From Eledone cirrhosa (lineage: Eukaryota), in NCBI GenBank assembly GCA_964016885.1, contig OZ024759.1:8990001-9054000 (forward strand): a DNA stretch of 64,000 bases. The letters are read 5' to 3'. The position numbers and the translations under genes are program-made. How positions within the stretch are numbered: the stretch's first letter is position 1; every line of letters starts with the position of its first letter. Below are positions 39,389-53,399 of this stretch, piece by piece. The notes under the pieces are model-generated. The model did not search any database. It saw only the letters and a program-made list of their open reading frames with translations, and was not told where the DNA came from.

Positions 39389-39972
39389 TTATAAACAAAA
39401 ATATAGTGTTGAATATAAGCTCTACCAAGCTTAGTCACCAGAACAGTAGAGATACAGTACAGGATAGTAAGAGGGAGAGTGGAGATGTGAATGATGGAGA
39501 GAATGTGTAATGGGGTTGTTAGACAACATTATAGCAAAATATGAGAATACAAGCAGATTTTCTCACAAAAAACTGAGGCATGTGAAGGTACACAAGAGCA
39601 ATTAAAAGCAATTAAAGATAATTAAAAAAGAGAGAAAAAGAAATTGAGGCATGTGAAGGCACACAAAAGCAGTTAAAAGCAATCAAAGATAATTAAAAAA
39701 GAGAGAAAAAGAAATTGAGGCATGTGAAGGCACACAAAAGCAGTTAAAAGCAATTAAAGATAATTAAAAAAGAGAGAAAAAGAAATTGAGGCATGTGAAG
39801 GTACACAAAAGCAACAAACGAAGGTATGCATTGGTCACTATAGAAGACAGGTGAGTTAGTTTTCCATGACTTTGAGTCATAGAGTTTCAAATGAGAAACA
39901 GAGACAAGTGTATGCACACAGAAATAATTAAATAATACATGCACTATGCACCATAGGAGGCAGGTAAGGCAA

Positions 39973-40035
<63 letters not shown>

Positions 40036-40674
40036 CATCATCATCATCATCACTCGTCGACTACTGTCGAGATAACATATATACACACATATACACACAC
40101 ACACATGTATATATTTAATTATTATTACTTTTATGCATAGTTACGTCCCTTTACAGTCTGAGTTCAAATCCGGCCGAGGTTAACTTTGCCTTTCATCCTT
40201 ACGGGGTCGATAAAATAAAGTACCAGTAATGTACTGGTTAATTGCTGGCCTTGTGCCTAAAGTAGAAACAATTATTACTTTTATGATTTTAATAACCTCT
40301 GTCATTTTCGTTCAACTAACCTATTTACATTATTCTTAACTCCGAAGCCGAGAATCATTTGGTTTCCTAAATAGAATATTAGTCTACGACTTCATTTATA
40401 CCATAAACGTGGTTTTGTCTTTACATTTGTAATTGTTCGCATCGCTCTACATAATGACGTATTATCTTCGTTTTTTTCTCCGTTCTTTGCCAGGGAACGA
40501 CTTCACGAACCAAAGTATCGTCTTCCTCTTTTCCTTCGGTTGCAACGTTTTTTGAAATATTTACTTCTGCGTTCACAGATTGATTTATTTAGTTTCAGAA
40601 GATCCCGTTAAGGGTGAAAGCAGCGATTCTTTACTTAAACTTTAATCTATTATTTTAATAAATATATATATATT

Positions 40675-40726
<52 letters not shown>

Positions 40727-40731
<5 letters not shown>

Positions 40732-41347
40732 CGTTTCTGAATTTGTTTAGCAAGATTCTTTATCTGAAATCGTGTGTTGAAACCGATATTGTTATACTTT
40801 GGGAGGGTCATGTTGCCAATAAGAAACACACGCACCAGTTGCTTTCACTTCAATTTATTATATATTTATAAATTTATAAATTTACAAATCTACAAACCTA
40901 TAAATTTCTGGTTGGTTGGTTGGTTCCACAACCAGATAGTTGTTTATATATATAGTCATAGTCCTTTCGTCACACACTCTGTGACCTCTTCAGTGACTGG
41001 GGATTCCTTTCTTCTCTTCGTTTCTGTGCCTTTTCTTTCTTCTATCCTATGCCATTTTGTTCTGACACAGAAACAAAATGGCGTAGGATAGAAGAAAGAA
41101 AAGGCACAGAAACGAAGAGAAGAAAGGAATCCCCAGTCACTGAAGAGGTCACAGAGTGTGTGACGAAAGGACTATGACTATATATATAAACAACTATCTG
41201 GTTGTGGAACCAACCAACCAACCAGAAATTTATAGGTTTGTAGATTTGTAAATTTATAAATTTATAAATATATAATAAATTGAAGTGAAAGCAACTGGTG
41301 CGTGTGTTTCTTATTGGCAACATGACCCTCCCAAAGTATAACAATAT
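40727..41347. mobile_element. Fold-back Penelope pLTR (family 2): ~280-bp inverted arms plus one-sided extension
   Basis: Arms about 40786-41063 and 41069-41347. Homologous to 6170-6425. Hammerheads at 40954-40998(-) and 41135-41179(+). Confidence 0.85.
41135..41179 (+). ncRNA. Minimal type I hammerhead motif (family 2); mirror copy at 40954-40998(-)
   Basis: AGUCA CUGAAGA G GUCACA GAGUG UGUGAC GAAA GGAC UA UGACU. Confidence 0.7.
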
Positions 41348-41409
41348 ATATATATATATATACTTGTATATATATATATACAAGGAATTTAGGAATTTAG
41401 GAATTTAGC

Positions 41410-42784
41410 GTACAGGTTGGGTCCACCGGGGCTCTGTTCTTAGCCCTCTCCTGTTCATCATAGTCCTGCAGGCAATAACGGAGGAGTTTAAGACCGGATG
41501 CCCATGGGAACTCCTGTATGCTGATGACCTCGCACTCATAGCTGAATCTATGGTAGAACTAGAGAATAAATTCCAAACCTGGAAGCAGGGACTAGAGAGA
41601 AAGGGCCTCAAAGTCAACATGACAAAGACTAAGGTCCTTGTAAGTAGACGAGAAAACAGAACCCAGATCCCCTCAGGGAAATGGCCTTGCTCAGTATGTA
41701 GGAAAGGTGTAGGTAGGAACTCCATTCTCTGCCCCAAATGCAAACAATGGGTACACAAGAGATGTAGCGGGATCTCAGGAAGCTTAATTAAGGATCTAGG
41801 ATTCACATGCAGCAGCTGTGCTGAAACAGCAAGCAAACAGCCACAGGAAACAAGTACCACCAATCTCTGGGAGGGCCCTGTAGAAACAGTAGACAGCTTC
41901 TGCTACCTAGGTGACCGAATTAGCAACGGAGGTGGGTGCTCAGAAAGTACAATAACTAGGGTAAGAACGGGATGGAAGAAGTTTAGGGAACTACTACCAC
42001 TGCTAGCTGCAAAAGGCTTCTCCCTCAGAATGAAAGGCAGACTGTATGATGCGTGTATCCGAACAGCGATGTTGCATGGTAGTGAGACCTGGGCGCTGAA
42101 GGTGGAAGACTTACGTAGATTAGAGAGAAACGAAGCCTGCATGCTCCGATGGATGTGTAACAGTAATATACGTGAACGACAAAGCATAAAGGAATTGAGA
42201 GAGAGACTGAGCATAAGAGGAATCAAATGCTGCGTGCAGGAGAGGCGGTTACGCTGGTATGGACATGTGATGCGTATGAAGGATGACAGCTGCATAAAAA
42301 GGTGCAGAGCACTAGAAGTTGATGGAAACCGCGGAGTGGGGAGACCCAAGATGACTTGGGATGAGGTGATAAAAGCCGACCTTACCCAACTACACCTCTC
42401 AAAGTCAATGACACACGACCGTGACTTCTGGCGTCACGCAGTAATACAGGGTACCCGACCTCCCATGGGTACATGCTGAAGCATATAAACAATATGCCCC
42501 CCCCCCCCACCGCAAGGTGGTCGTGGAGGTGCCACGGCAAAAAAGCACCCAGCCCACACTGTAAAGTGGACGTGTAGGCGCCACGAAAAAGCACCCAGCA
42601 CTCACTGTAAATGAGGTTGGTGTTAGGAAGGGCATCCAGCTGTAGAAATCAAGCCAGACCAGTTCCTGTATGAGCAAGGCATGGTCAGCCGACCAGACAC
42701 TGCACACAACAGGACAACCCGTCTAACCCATGCTAGCGTGGAAGAACGGACGTAAAATGGTGATGATGATGATGAATGATGATG

Positions 42785-42785
<1 letters not shown>
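41410..42785 (+). mobile_element. RTE family A, 5'-truncated, open reading frame
   Basis: GSVLSPLLF..LLYADD, then the 309-aa ORF 41550-42479, 3'UTR and (GAT)n. Confidence 0.93.
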
Positions 42786-42809
<24 letters not shown>

Positions 42810-42816
<7 letters not shown>

Positions 42817-43224
42817 TTTGTTTCTGAATTTGTTTAGCAAGATTATTTATCTGAAAACGTGTGTTGAAACCGATGTTGTTATACTTTGGGAGGGTCATGT
42901 TGCCAATAAGAAACACACGCACCAGTTGCTTTCACCTCAATTTATTATAAATTAAATTTATAAATTTCCGGTTGGTTGGTTCCACAACCAGATGATTGTT
43001 CATATATTGACAAAGTTCTTTCGTCACACATTCTGTGACCTCTTCAGTGACTGGGGATTCTTTTCTTTGTTTTTGTGCCTCTCCTTTGTTCTGTCCTATG
43101 CCATCTTGTTTTTGTGTGTGTTGTGTGCTTAGTTTGCGCATGTGTTACATCCGGGTGTCTGTGTGTGTTTATATTTGTTTATTTATTTGTTTATTTACAT
43201 GTTACTGGTTGGTTGTTTGTTCTA

Positions 43225-43230
<6 letters not shown>
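42810..43230 (-). mobile_element. Penelope pLTR family 2 solo copy, hammerhead at 43009-43051(-)
   Basis: Reverse complement of 6050-6425 plus extension. Confidence 0.8.
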
Positions 43231-43303
<73 letters not shown>

Positions 43304-43336
43304 ACCTCAAGTCATATGTCATTGGTGTATTTGCAG

Positions 43337-43452
43337 GTACCTTTCACGATGGAACCATTAACAGGGAATATGACACTAAAATCTTCATTAGATTACAATA
43401 AAGTCAACACTTATGTTTTCCCAGTTAAGGCCAGAAACAATAAAGAAAACAA
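43337..43452 (+). CDS. Cadherin exon 9 (phase 0-2)
   Basis: ttgcag|GTA ... AA|gtaaac. Encodes VPFTMEPLTGNMTLKSSLDYNKVNTYVFPVKARNNKEN(K). Confidence 0.88.
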
Positions 43453-43477
43453 GTAAACTCTTTCATATGTCAAACTA

Positions 43478-43900
43478 TCTTCTTCTTCTTCTTCTTCTTG
43501 GCCCACTTATTCCTGAGAGGGTCAGGGGGGAGAGTCCTCAATCACTCCTTCCAGGAGGTCCTGTTAAAAGCAACCGTCTCCAACTGATCCAGTTGGATCC
43601 CCAAGAGAGACCAGCCAAGCTCATGGATGTTATTCAACCATCTTGCTCGGGGTCTACTTCTGGTTTTGCCCATAAAATCTGTCCACTGGTTCTTTCCTAA
43701 GACACACACCCATATCATTGGAGCTGTGATCTCTCAATTCAGAGAAGTAGCAGCTCTACCTAGAGTGACTCTCTCATCTCTGAGCTTTATTGAATAACGT
43801 TACTCCAAAGACCCTTTGAAGGAAACACATTGCGGCCACTTGTATTTGCAATCATATTCTTTTGGTCATTACCCAAGGTTCATGGTAAGGGTTGGTTGGC
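43478..43900 (-). mobile_element. Old RTE/Expander-like LINE 3' end with (AAG)n tail
   Basis: Minus strand ..SRPRARWLNNIHELGWSLLGIQLDQLETVA..W...LPPDP. Confidence 0.55.
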
Positions 43901-44146
43901 AGGAATACCAGGAAGACAGTGAAGTTGTCTTTTACACCTACCTTCCTTCTTCTGATAACTGAATGCTGAAGCTGGTACATTACTGCACCAACTCCTGCAA
44001 TCCTTGCACAAATACATTTATTTTGAATAAAACAGTGCCCTTCTACTCTTGAGGTCCTAAATATGTGTTTATTTTGTTTACTGGTTAATGTTGGATGTGA
44101 TATGCTGAAACTGATAGTTAAAACCTCTTTATTCTTGTTCTTACAG

Positions 44147-44313
44147 GACTGCAATGGTTGTGATTAATGTGATAAATGTTAATGATGCACCAACTATTAA
44201 AGGACCTCTCAAGTTTGAGATGGTTGAAAACCTGCCAGTGAAGACGATGATTGGGCATATAGTTGCCACAGATCCTGATAATGATACTTTGCAATACATG
44301 TTAAATGACCCAA
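44147..44313 (+). CDS. Cadherin exon 10 (phase 2-1)
   Basis: ttacag|G ... A|gtaaaa. Encodes TAMVVINVINVNDAPTIKG...VENLP...IVATDPDNDTLQYMLNDP. Confidence 0.9.
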
Positions 44314-44804
44314 GTAAAACAATGCCCTTACATGTTATCTTGTTTATTGATTTCAACTGAGAAGCCAGATTAGCCCCTTTTGAAGCTCTACTTTATACAT
44401 TATACTACCCCTCATATATCATCATCATTTAACGTCCATTTTTCAACGCTAGCATGGGTTAGACAAGTTGTCCTTGCTGATACGGAACTGTTCCTGGTTT
44501 GGTTTCTATGGCTAGATGCCCTTCCTAATGCCAACCATAGTGTGTGCTGGGTGCTTATTGTCATGACACCTACATGACCACTTTACAGTGGTCATGTGTG
44601 ACTGGGGATTAGGGAGGCATATATAGGTACATGGGTGAGGAGGGGGTTATTAGGATGTGGGTGGGCTGTTAAGACGTGGGAGGTAAAGGTGTACACTAGT
44701 GAGTGCAGAGGAGAAGTTGTCATGTCATTGACACAACTGAAGGGTCCTCCCAACCCTTTGTTTGGTAAGCTTTCCATGGCTGGATGCCCTTCATATCACC
44801 AACC

Positions 44805-45837
44805 ACTTCACATGTACTGGGGAGGGTGTCATGTAGATCACCAACACTAGGGAGGGTGTCAGATCACCAACACTGGGGAGGGTGTCATGTAGATCACCTA
44901 CACTGGGGAGGGTGTCATGGTAATCACCAACACTGGGAAGGGTGTCATGTAGATTACCAACACTGGGGAGGGTATCATAGATCACCAACACTGGGGAGGG
45001 TGTCATATATCACCAACACTAGGGAGGGTGTCAGATCACCAACACTGGGGAGGGTGTCATGTAGATCACCTACACTGGGGAGGGTGTCATGGTAATCACC
45101 AATACTGGGAAGGGTGTCATGTAGATTACCAACACTGGGGAGGGTGTCATAGATCACCAACACTGGGGAGGGTGTCATGATAATCACCAATACTGGGGAG
45201 GGTGTCATGTAGATCACCAACACTGGGGAGGGTGTCATGTATATCACCTACACTGGGGAGGGTGTCATGTAGATCACCAACACTGGGGAGGGTGTCATGT
45301 AGATCACCAACACTGGGGAGGGTGTCATGTAGATCACCAACACTGGGGAGGGTGTCATGTAGATCACCAACACTGGGGAGGGTGTCATGTAGATCACCAA
45401 CACTGGGGAGGGTGTCATGTAGATCACCAACACTGGGGAGGGTGTCATGTATATCACCAACACTGGGGAGGGTGTCATAGATCACCAACACTGGGGAGGG
45501 TGTCATGGTAATCACCAATACTGGGAAGGGTGTCATGTAGATTACCAACACTGGGGAGGGTGTCATGTAGATCACCAACACTGGGGAGGGTGTCATGATA
45601 ATCACCAATACTGGGAAGGGTGTCATGTAGATCACCAACACTGGGGAGGGTGTCATGTTGAATACCAACACTGGGGAGGGTGTCATGGTAATCACCAACA
45701 CTGGGGAGGGTGTCATGTAGATTACCAACACTGGAGAGGGTGTCATGATAATCACCAATACTGGGAAGGGTGTCATGTAGATCACCAACACTGGGGAGGG
45801 TGTCATGGTAATCACCAACACTAGGGAGGGTGTCATG
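44805..45837. repeat. 30-bp minisatellite, about 34 copies
   Basis: Unit cactggggagggtgtcatgtagatcaccaa, expanded inside a dispersed repeat related to 31035-31265. Confidence 0.94.
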
Positions 45838-45917
45838 TCGTTGACATGACTGATGGGTCCTCCCAACCCTTATATATAAAGTCTGCAAAAATATTTGTTT
45901 TAGAATGACAAATATAT

Positions 45918-46141
45918 TTAACCCTTTAGCATTCACAATACTCTATATAGACTATTGTATTTTTGTAGTAAACAATTTATCTTACATAATTATCTCACAT
46001 AATATCGAATCTATGAGATTTTGATATTATTTATTTTGAGAACAATACCTTAACATCAGTATAAGTGGCCAGTTTCAACTGGTTTGAACAGAAAGAGACA
46101 TTTCTGGCCGGATATGGCCGGTTTGAATGCTAAAGGGTTAA
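45918..46141. mobile_element. piggyBac-type MITE
   Basis: TTAA-CCCTTTAGCATTC ... GAATGCTAAAGGG-TTAA (TIRs plus TTAA target). Confidence 0.75.
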
Positions 46142-46189
46142 GAAACAATACGATCATGAATACAAGCAGCTGAAGGATCTTTGGAGTAA

Positions 46190-46408
46190 TGTTACTTGAT
46201 AGGGTTCTCAGAGACCAGAGAGTCACTCCAGGTAAAACCATGTTACTTGATAGGGTTCTTAACTCAAAGACCAGAGAGTCACTCCAGGTAAAACCATGTT
46301 ACTTGATAGGGTTCTTAACTCAAAGACCAGAGAGTCACACCAGATAAAACCATGTTACTTGATAGGGTTCTTAACTCAAAGACCAGAGAGTCACTCCAGA
46401 TAAAACCA
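46190..46408. repeat. ~56-bp tandem repeat, 4 copies
   Basis: Unit catgttacttgatagggttcttaactcaaagaccagagagtcactccaggtaaaac. Confidence 0.88.
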
Positions 46409-46800
46409 CTTCTCCTTCCCATCCATAGATCATAGCTCCAGTATTAAAGACATGTGGTTAGAATGTCTAAGGGAAAAAATCTCTGGGCAAATTTTACAGG
46501 GGAAGACAACTGGTATAAAACCTAGGGACAGACCATGAAACCCAGGAACCCAGCTCGGTTGGGTTTGCTTGGGGAATCCAGCCCAATTAATTGCTTTTGA
46601 TGGGACTTTCTGGAATGTCTGAGAACTCTGACCCCTTGAACATCTCTGGGCAAAGAAGAAGAATTTGAATAAAATGGTGTCTCTTCTGCTGATGCCCTCA
46701 GCATGTGTTTATTTTTCCTAATTGTTATTTTAGCCCTGTTTACCCTGTCAGCATTGGGTATAAAGAGGGTCATAAAATGATATCTGATTTATATTTGCAG

Positions 46801-47045
46801 ATTTTTTCATGAATTCTTCAACTGGTGACCTTTACACTAACAGATTCTTTGACTTTGAACAGAATCCTACTCCTAACGATCTGTTTAGCTTTAATGTGGT
46901 CGTTAGTGACGGAACCGTTAACGATACCAAAGAGGTCACTGTAACTGTTAGTAATGTTAACGATATGGAACCACACTTCAAAAACAGAAAGGTCTTGAAA
47001 GAGATTCTCGACACAGACATCAAACCAAATGCATTTCTGGCTACG
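46801..47045 (+). CDS. Cadherin exon 11 (phase 1-0)
   Basis: ttgcag|AT ... ACG|gtaaat. Encodes FFMNSSTGDLYTNRFFDFE...VVVSDG...VSNVNDMEPHF...FLAT. Confidence 0.9.
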
Positions 47046-47207
47046 GTAAATTCTTGCATCTATATATGTATTTATATATGTTTATGTATATATATATAGT
47101 TATATATAAATATATAATGTGGGTAATGATAAATATTATCCAATTACAAGTATGAAAATAGCTCAATGACAAATGACAATCAAAGAGTGTTGTTTAAAAC
47201 ATTTAAT

Positions 47208-47254
47208 CACTTACAATTGTTTCATCCTAACACAAGGCTGGATTCATCAGAATA
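47208..47254 (-). ncRNA. Minimal type I hammerhead motif (family 3-like)
   Basis: Minus strand: UAUU CUGAUGA AUCC..GGAU GAAA CAAUUG UA AGUG. Intact core, palindromic stem III, GUA site. Confidence 0.7.
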
Positions 47255-47736
47255 GATAACAAAGGTCAAACACAAATATAATATCAAAACTTTGTCACAA
47301 GAACATTAGGGGCTTACATAATATGGGAGGCTAGATAAGCATAAATATCAACATTTCTATAAGATGACAGAGGTGGAAGAAACATATGGAGAATAGGAGC
47401 AAATAAATACAATAAATTTAGGAGCAGATAAAAGCAATAAAAAATTTAAAAAATTATAAAACATGTTGTTACAGATAAATCAAGTACAGTGAAAAACATA
47501 TATCATAAGTAGTTAAAAAAATGAATAAAGTTAATAAGAGAAGGCATGCAATTCAAATATTAATTTTAAAACATATCTCCAAAAATTATTTTTTTAAAAA
47601 TATATTTAAAACTAAATTTAAAAATACATCTAAACTTTTTAATATATACTGGGGCCAGTATAATAAAGCTTCCCCTTCCTCAATGTTTTACTTAGAATAT
47701 TCCGTTATTTTTCTGAACTATTTTTACCCTTATTAG

Positions 47737-47899
47737 GTGAAAGCAACAAATCCTGATAAATTGAGCCCTCTTACGTATAAAATATTTGATGACAATCGTT
47801 TTGTGATTGATTACCTTGGGAAGATAACTGTGAACAGAAGCTACACAGCTGAACAAATAAAAGACAGATTTATTTCTGTCTTGGTTATTGTTCACAACA
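47737..47899 (+). CDS. Cadherin exon 12 (phase 0-1)
   Basis: tattag|GTG ... A|gtaagt. Encodes VKATNPDKLSPLTYKIFDDNRFVIDYLGKITVNRS...VLVIVHN. Confidence 0.87.
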
Positions 47900-47961
47900 G
47901 TAAGTTCTGACATTTGCTCAAAATTTTCTTTTCCACCCAGGTTCTCTAACAATGAAATACT

Positions 47962-50386
47962 GACACCAGTACACCTTTATACCTGTACACATGTACACCT
48001 GTACAGGTGTACACCTGTACACCTGTACACCTGTACACCTGTACCCCTGTACACCTGTACACCTGTATACCTGTACACCTGTATACCTGTACACCTGTAT
48101 ACCAGTACACCTGTATACCTGTACACCTGTACACCTGTATACCTGTACACCTGTACACCAGTACACCTTTATACCTGTACACATGTACACCTGTACAGGT
48201 GTACACCTGTATACCTGTACACCTGTACACCTGTACACCTGTACACCAGTACACCTTTATACCTGTACACATGTACACCTGTACACATGTACACCTGTAT
48301 ACCTGTATACCAGTACACCTGTACACCTGTACACCTGTATACCTGTACACCAGTACACCAGTACACCTTTATACCTGTACACATGTACACCTGTACACAT
48401 GTACACCTGTATACCTGTACACCTGTACACCTGTATACCTGTACACCAGTATACCTTTATACCTGTACACCAGTACACCAGTACACCTGTATACCAGTAC
48501 ACCTGTACACCAGTATACCTGTACACCAGTATACCTGTACACCTGTACACCTGTATACCTGTACACCAGTATACCTGTACACCAGTATACCTGTACACCT
48601 GTACACCAGTACACCAGTATACCTGTACACCTGTATACCTGTACACCAGTACACCTGTACACCAGTACACCTGTACACCTGTACACCAGTACACCAGTAC
48701 ACCTGTACACCAGTACACCTGTACACCAGTACACCTGTATAGCAGTACACCAGTACACCTGTACACCTGTACACCTGTATACCAGTACACCAGTACACCT
48801 GTACACCAGTACACCTGTATACCTGTATACCTGTACACCAGTATACCTGTACACCTGTACACCTGTATACCTGTATACCTGTACACCAGTATACCTGTAC
48901 ACCTGTACACCAGTACACCTGTACACCTGTATACCAGTACACCTGTACACCTGTATACCAGTACACCAGTACACCTGTATACCAGTACACCTGTACACCA
49001 GTACACCTGTACACCTGTACACCTGTACACCTGTATACCTGTACACCTGTACACCAGTACACCTGTACACCAGTACACCTGTACACCAGTATACCTGTAC
49101 ACCTGTACACCAGTACACCTGTACACCAGTAAACCTGTACACCAGTATACCTGTACACCAGTACACCTGTACACCAGTACACCTGTACACCAGTACACCT
49201 GTACAACTGTACACCAGTATACCTGTACACCAGTACACCTGTATACCTGTACACCAGTATACCTGTACACCAGTACACCTGTACACCAGTACACCTGTAC
49301 ACCAGTATACCTGTACACCAGTATACCTGTACACCTGTACACCAGTACACCTGTACACCAGTACACCAGTATACCTGTACACCAGTACACCTGTACACCT
49401 GTACACCAGTACACCAGTACACCAGTACACCAGTACACCTGTACACCAGTATACCTGTACACCAGTATACCTGTACACCAGTACACCTGTACACCAGTAC
49501 ACCTGTACACCAGTATACCTGTACACCAGTATACCTGTACACCAGTACACCTGTACACCTGTACACCAGTACACCTGTACACCAGTATACCTGTACACCA
49601 GTATACCTGTACACCAGTACACCTGTACACCAGTACACCTGTACACCAGTATACCTGTACACCAGTATACCTGTACACCAGTATACCTGTACACCTGTAC
49701 ACCAGTACACCTGTACACCAGTATACCTGTACACCAGTATACCTGTACACCAGTACACCAGTACACCTGTACACCAGTATACCTGTACACCAGTATACCT
49801 GTACACCAGTATACCTGTACACCTGTACACCAGTACACCTGTACACCAGTACACCAGTACACCTGTACACCAGTATACCTGTACACCAGTATACCTGTAC
49901 ACCAGTACACCTGTACACCTGTACACCAGTACACCTGTACACCAGTATACCTGTACACCAGTATACCTGTACACCAGTATACCTGTACACCTGTACACCT
50001 GTACACCAGTACACCAGTACACCTGTACACCAGTACACCTGTACACCAGTATACCTGTACACCAGTATACCTGTACACCAGTACACCAGTACACCTGTAC
50101 ACCAGTACACCTGTACACCTGTACACCAGTACACCTGTACACCAGTACACCTGTACACCTGTACACCAGTACACCTGTACACCAGTACACCTTTATACCT
50201 GTACACATGTACACCTGTACAGGTGTACACCTGTACACCAGTACACCTGTATACCTGTACACCAGTACAACTGTACACCAGTACACCAGTACACCAGTAC
50301 ACCAGTACACCTGCACACCTGTACACCAGTACACATGTACGCCAGTACACCTGTATACCTGTACACCAGTACCTGTATACCTGTAT
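47962..50386. repeat. 8-bp satellite (tacacctg/tacaccag/tatacctg), about 300 copies
   Basis: Direct reading. Explains the 600-840 aa low-complexity ORFs. Confidence 0.96.
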
Positions 50387-50938
50387 AAACAGACACACAC
50401 ACACACACTTACACACAAGACACACACACACAGATGCTGACGCAAACATATGTACAAACTGTGAAATGTATCACAGAAATGGAATAAACAAAAAAAAGAG
50501 GAGACAGTGATAAACATTGAGGAGGTTACAGAATGTGTGACAAAAGAAGTTTAACAAAATAACAAATAACTAATAATAAAGCTGAAGTAAAAATCAAACA
50601 GTGAGTGTGTTTTTATTGGCAACATGATCATCCCCCAAGCATAATAATATTTGTCTTAACATGATTTGACATCAAGGATCTTGCAAAACAAATACATAAA
50701 CATAACGACCGACTTTTGTCAAATCGGACCGAGGAAACAACGTTTTTGTCGGTCTTTCCAGTTGCTAGTACTATCTATCAGTCGCAACTCCAGGTAGAAG
50801 GAGCAACATGAAATAAAGTGTCTTGCTCAAGGGCATAACGCATCGGCCGGTCCAGGAATCAAACTCACAACCTCAAGATTGTGAATCCAGTTCTCTAAGC
50901 ACTCAGCCACACGCCTTCACTAAATATAAACGCCTTCA

Positions 50939-51016
<78 letters not shown>

Positions 51017-51549
51017 CAAAGGAATTGTGGTAAGGAACCAGATGGACCATAACGCACCAGAGTACTCAATACTTAGGGTAGTAGAGTGGGTAATACTTTT
51101 TCCTATATATATATATATATATATATGAGAATAAACGTGTTGCAAATGGGTTACATATGAATAAAGTGGTCCTTCATCAGTGATCTTCCAACCATCATTG
51201 GTATTTCTTCGCTTTAAAGACCATATACCTCCGGTTGGTGCGAGCAACGGCTAAAGAAAGTCATTGGGACATGTAAATAAAGGGAACAGCGAGAGTGTAA
51301 ACAAACAAAGATGGTGAAGCAACGAAAAGTGAGGAAGAGCGAGTCAAGTCCAAAAATTTCCATGAATATAAGTTCGGTGAAATCGTGAACGAGAGAGAAT
51401 AAAGACCATCAAACCTGGTTGAAATGTGAGCAAGGAAGGAATTCCGCACAGGTCAAACGGGAGGAAGAAGGAGTTTAGTCCGTGAATTCGGTAAACATAA
51501 GTTCTGTGAAATCGTAGACGAGAGAGAGAGAAAAGGGGAACCGGCCTGG

Positions 51550-53368
51550 CCAAGCATGCTTTTGAAGTGTTTCAAAAAGTGGGGCTGGACTAATTTTCTT
51601 TAACCATCCTTGGAAACTCTTTGAGATAGTACCTAGTGTCCCTATGACAATCGGGGCGACCTTGACTTCATGGCAGTTCCAAATCCTTTTTAACTCCCAC
51701 TTTAAATCCTGGTATCGGTTAATTTTCTCCCTCTCCTTCTCTTGCACTCTCGTGTCGAAGGGGCAGGCTACATCTACTATCAGGCACAATCTTTTTTCCT
51801 TGTCCAAAACCACCAGGTCAGGCCTATTGTGTTCTAATTTCTTGTCCATCTGTATCCTAAAATCCCATAGCACCTTCACCTGATCGTTTTCTATCACCGG
51901 CTCTGGCTTATGCTCATACCACTTCTCAGAATGTGGTAAATTGTTTACTTTGCATAGGTGCCAGTGGATCACCCTGTCCATCACATCCTATCTCCAGCCT
52001 TTATAGTGAGTCTGGGCTAGGTGTTTACACTCGGATACAATGTGAGCCACAGTCTCCCCTCTCTCTCCACAGATCCTACACAGTGGGCTAGCCTCCTCCT
52101 TGTAAATATGGTGTTTCACCCACTTCGTTCTGAGGGCCTGCTCTTGCGCAGCCATAAGCATTCCTTCTGTAGCCTTTTTAAGTTCTCCTCTTTTTAACCA
52201 GTTCCATGTCTGTGGATCTCTAAATTCAGTTTTCTTAAAGAAGGTACTATGAAGGGATTTTTCATGAAGGTCACTCTTCCTCCTTGTTGTTATTTCCTCT
52301 TTGGACATCGCCCTGGTCTATTGTCTTCTCCTTCAGTACAATTTTGAGCATTGGCTCCCTACTGTCAGTCACGTATTTGTGCAGGTTGTTTTTATCCATC
52401 TGAACACAGTCCTCTATGCTGATAAGACCTCTTCCACCTTCAGATCTCTTTAAGTAGAGTCTATCGACATCTTGTGTAACATGTTGTAGATAGTCAATAG
52501 CTTCCTAGTCTTCCTATCCATTTCTTTTTGTTCAGTAACATTCTATTTCAGAATTCCCGCACTGTACCTAATAATAGACACAGCTCGGGAATTTACTGCA
52601 CTTATGGCATTCCTACTGTTCAGATGTGACTTTAATACGCTCCTTACTCTCCGAATGTACTCAGATCTTATCAATTCCTTCATTTTTTTGTTCTTGATGT
52701 CATCTGCCTCCAGAACACCCAAATATTTGTATCCTTCTTCAGTGTCAATTTCCTTTATCATCTCACCTGTTGGTACCTGGATTCCGTTGCTTCTGCTCAA
52801 TTTACCCCTCTTCATCACTAGGACTCCACACTTATTAATACCAAATTCCATCCATATATCATTGCTGAAAATACGGACAGTGTCAACAAGTACATTCAAC
52901 TCCTTCTCACTCTTCTCAAAGAGTTTAAGATCGTCCATGAAGAGGAGGTGGTTGATGGTAAGCTCTTCTTTTCCCAACTTGTATCCTGCTCTCACTTTTC
53001 GTAATATAATGGTCAGGGGTATTAAGGCAAGGACAAACAGCAGAGGGGACAAACTATCTCCCTGGAAGATACCTCTCTTGATCTTCACGCCTCCCGGGGA
53101 TTCTCCACCCGATGTTAACTCTGTTTTCCAGGACTTTATACTTTTACTTAATAGCTGTCTGATGTTGTCTGGCCACCTTGAAGATCTCTAGGCTTTTGGT
53201 TATCCAAGAATGAGGTACCATGTCGAATGCCTTTTTGTAGTCTATCCATCCCATGGCAAGACCAGTATGCCTCCTCTTGCAATCCCTTATTACCATCTTA
53301 TCAATAAGTAACTGGTCTTTTGTACCACGGGACTTCTTTCGGCATCTTTTCTGTTCATCCGGTAACAA
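51550..53368 (-). mobile_element. R4/Dong-type non-LTR retrotransposon (RT, CCHC, RLE), disrupted
   Basis: [86 protein letters not shown]. Confidence 0.88.
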
Positions 53369-53399
53369 GTTATTATTATTATCATTATTGTTATTATTG

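Noticed and set aside
47888-50517. 600-840 aa ORFs on both strands (YTCTPVH / CTGVQVY)
   Set aside because: Translations of an 8-bp satellite that lacks stops in several frames. Intronic, with no domain content.
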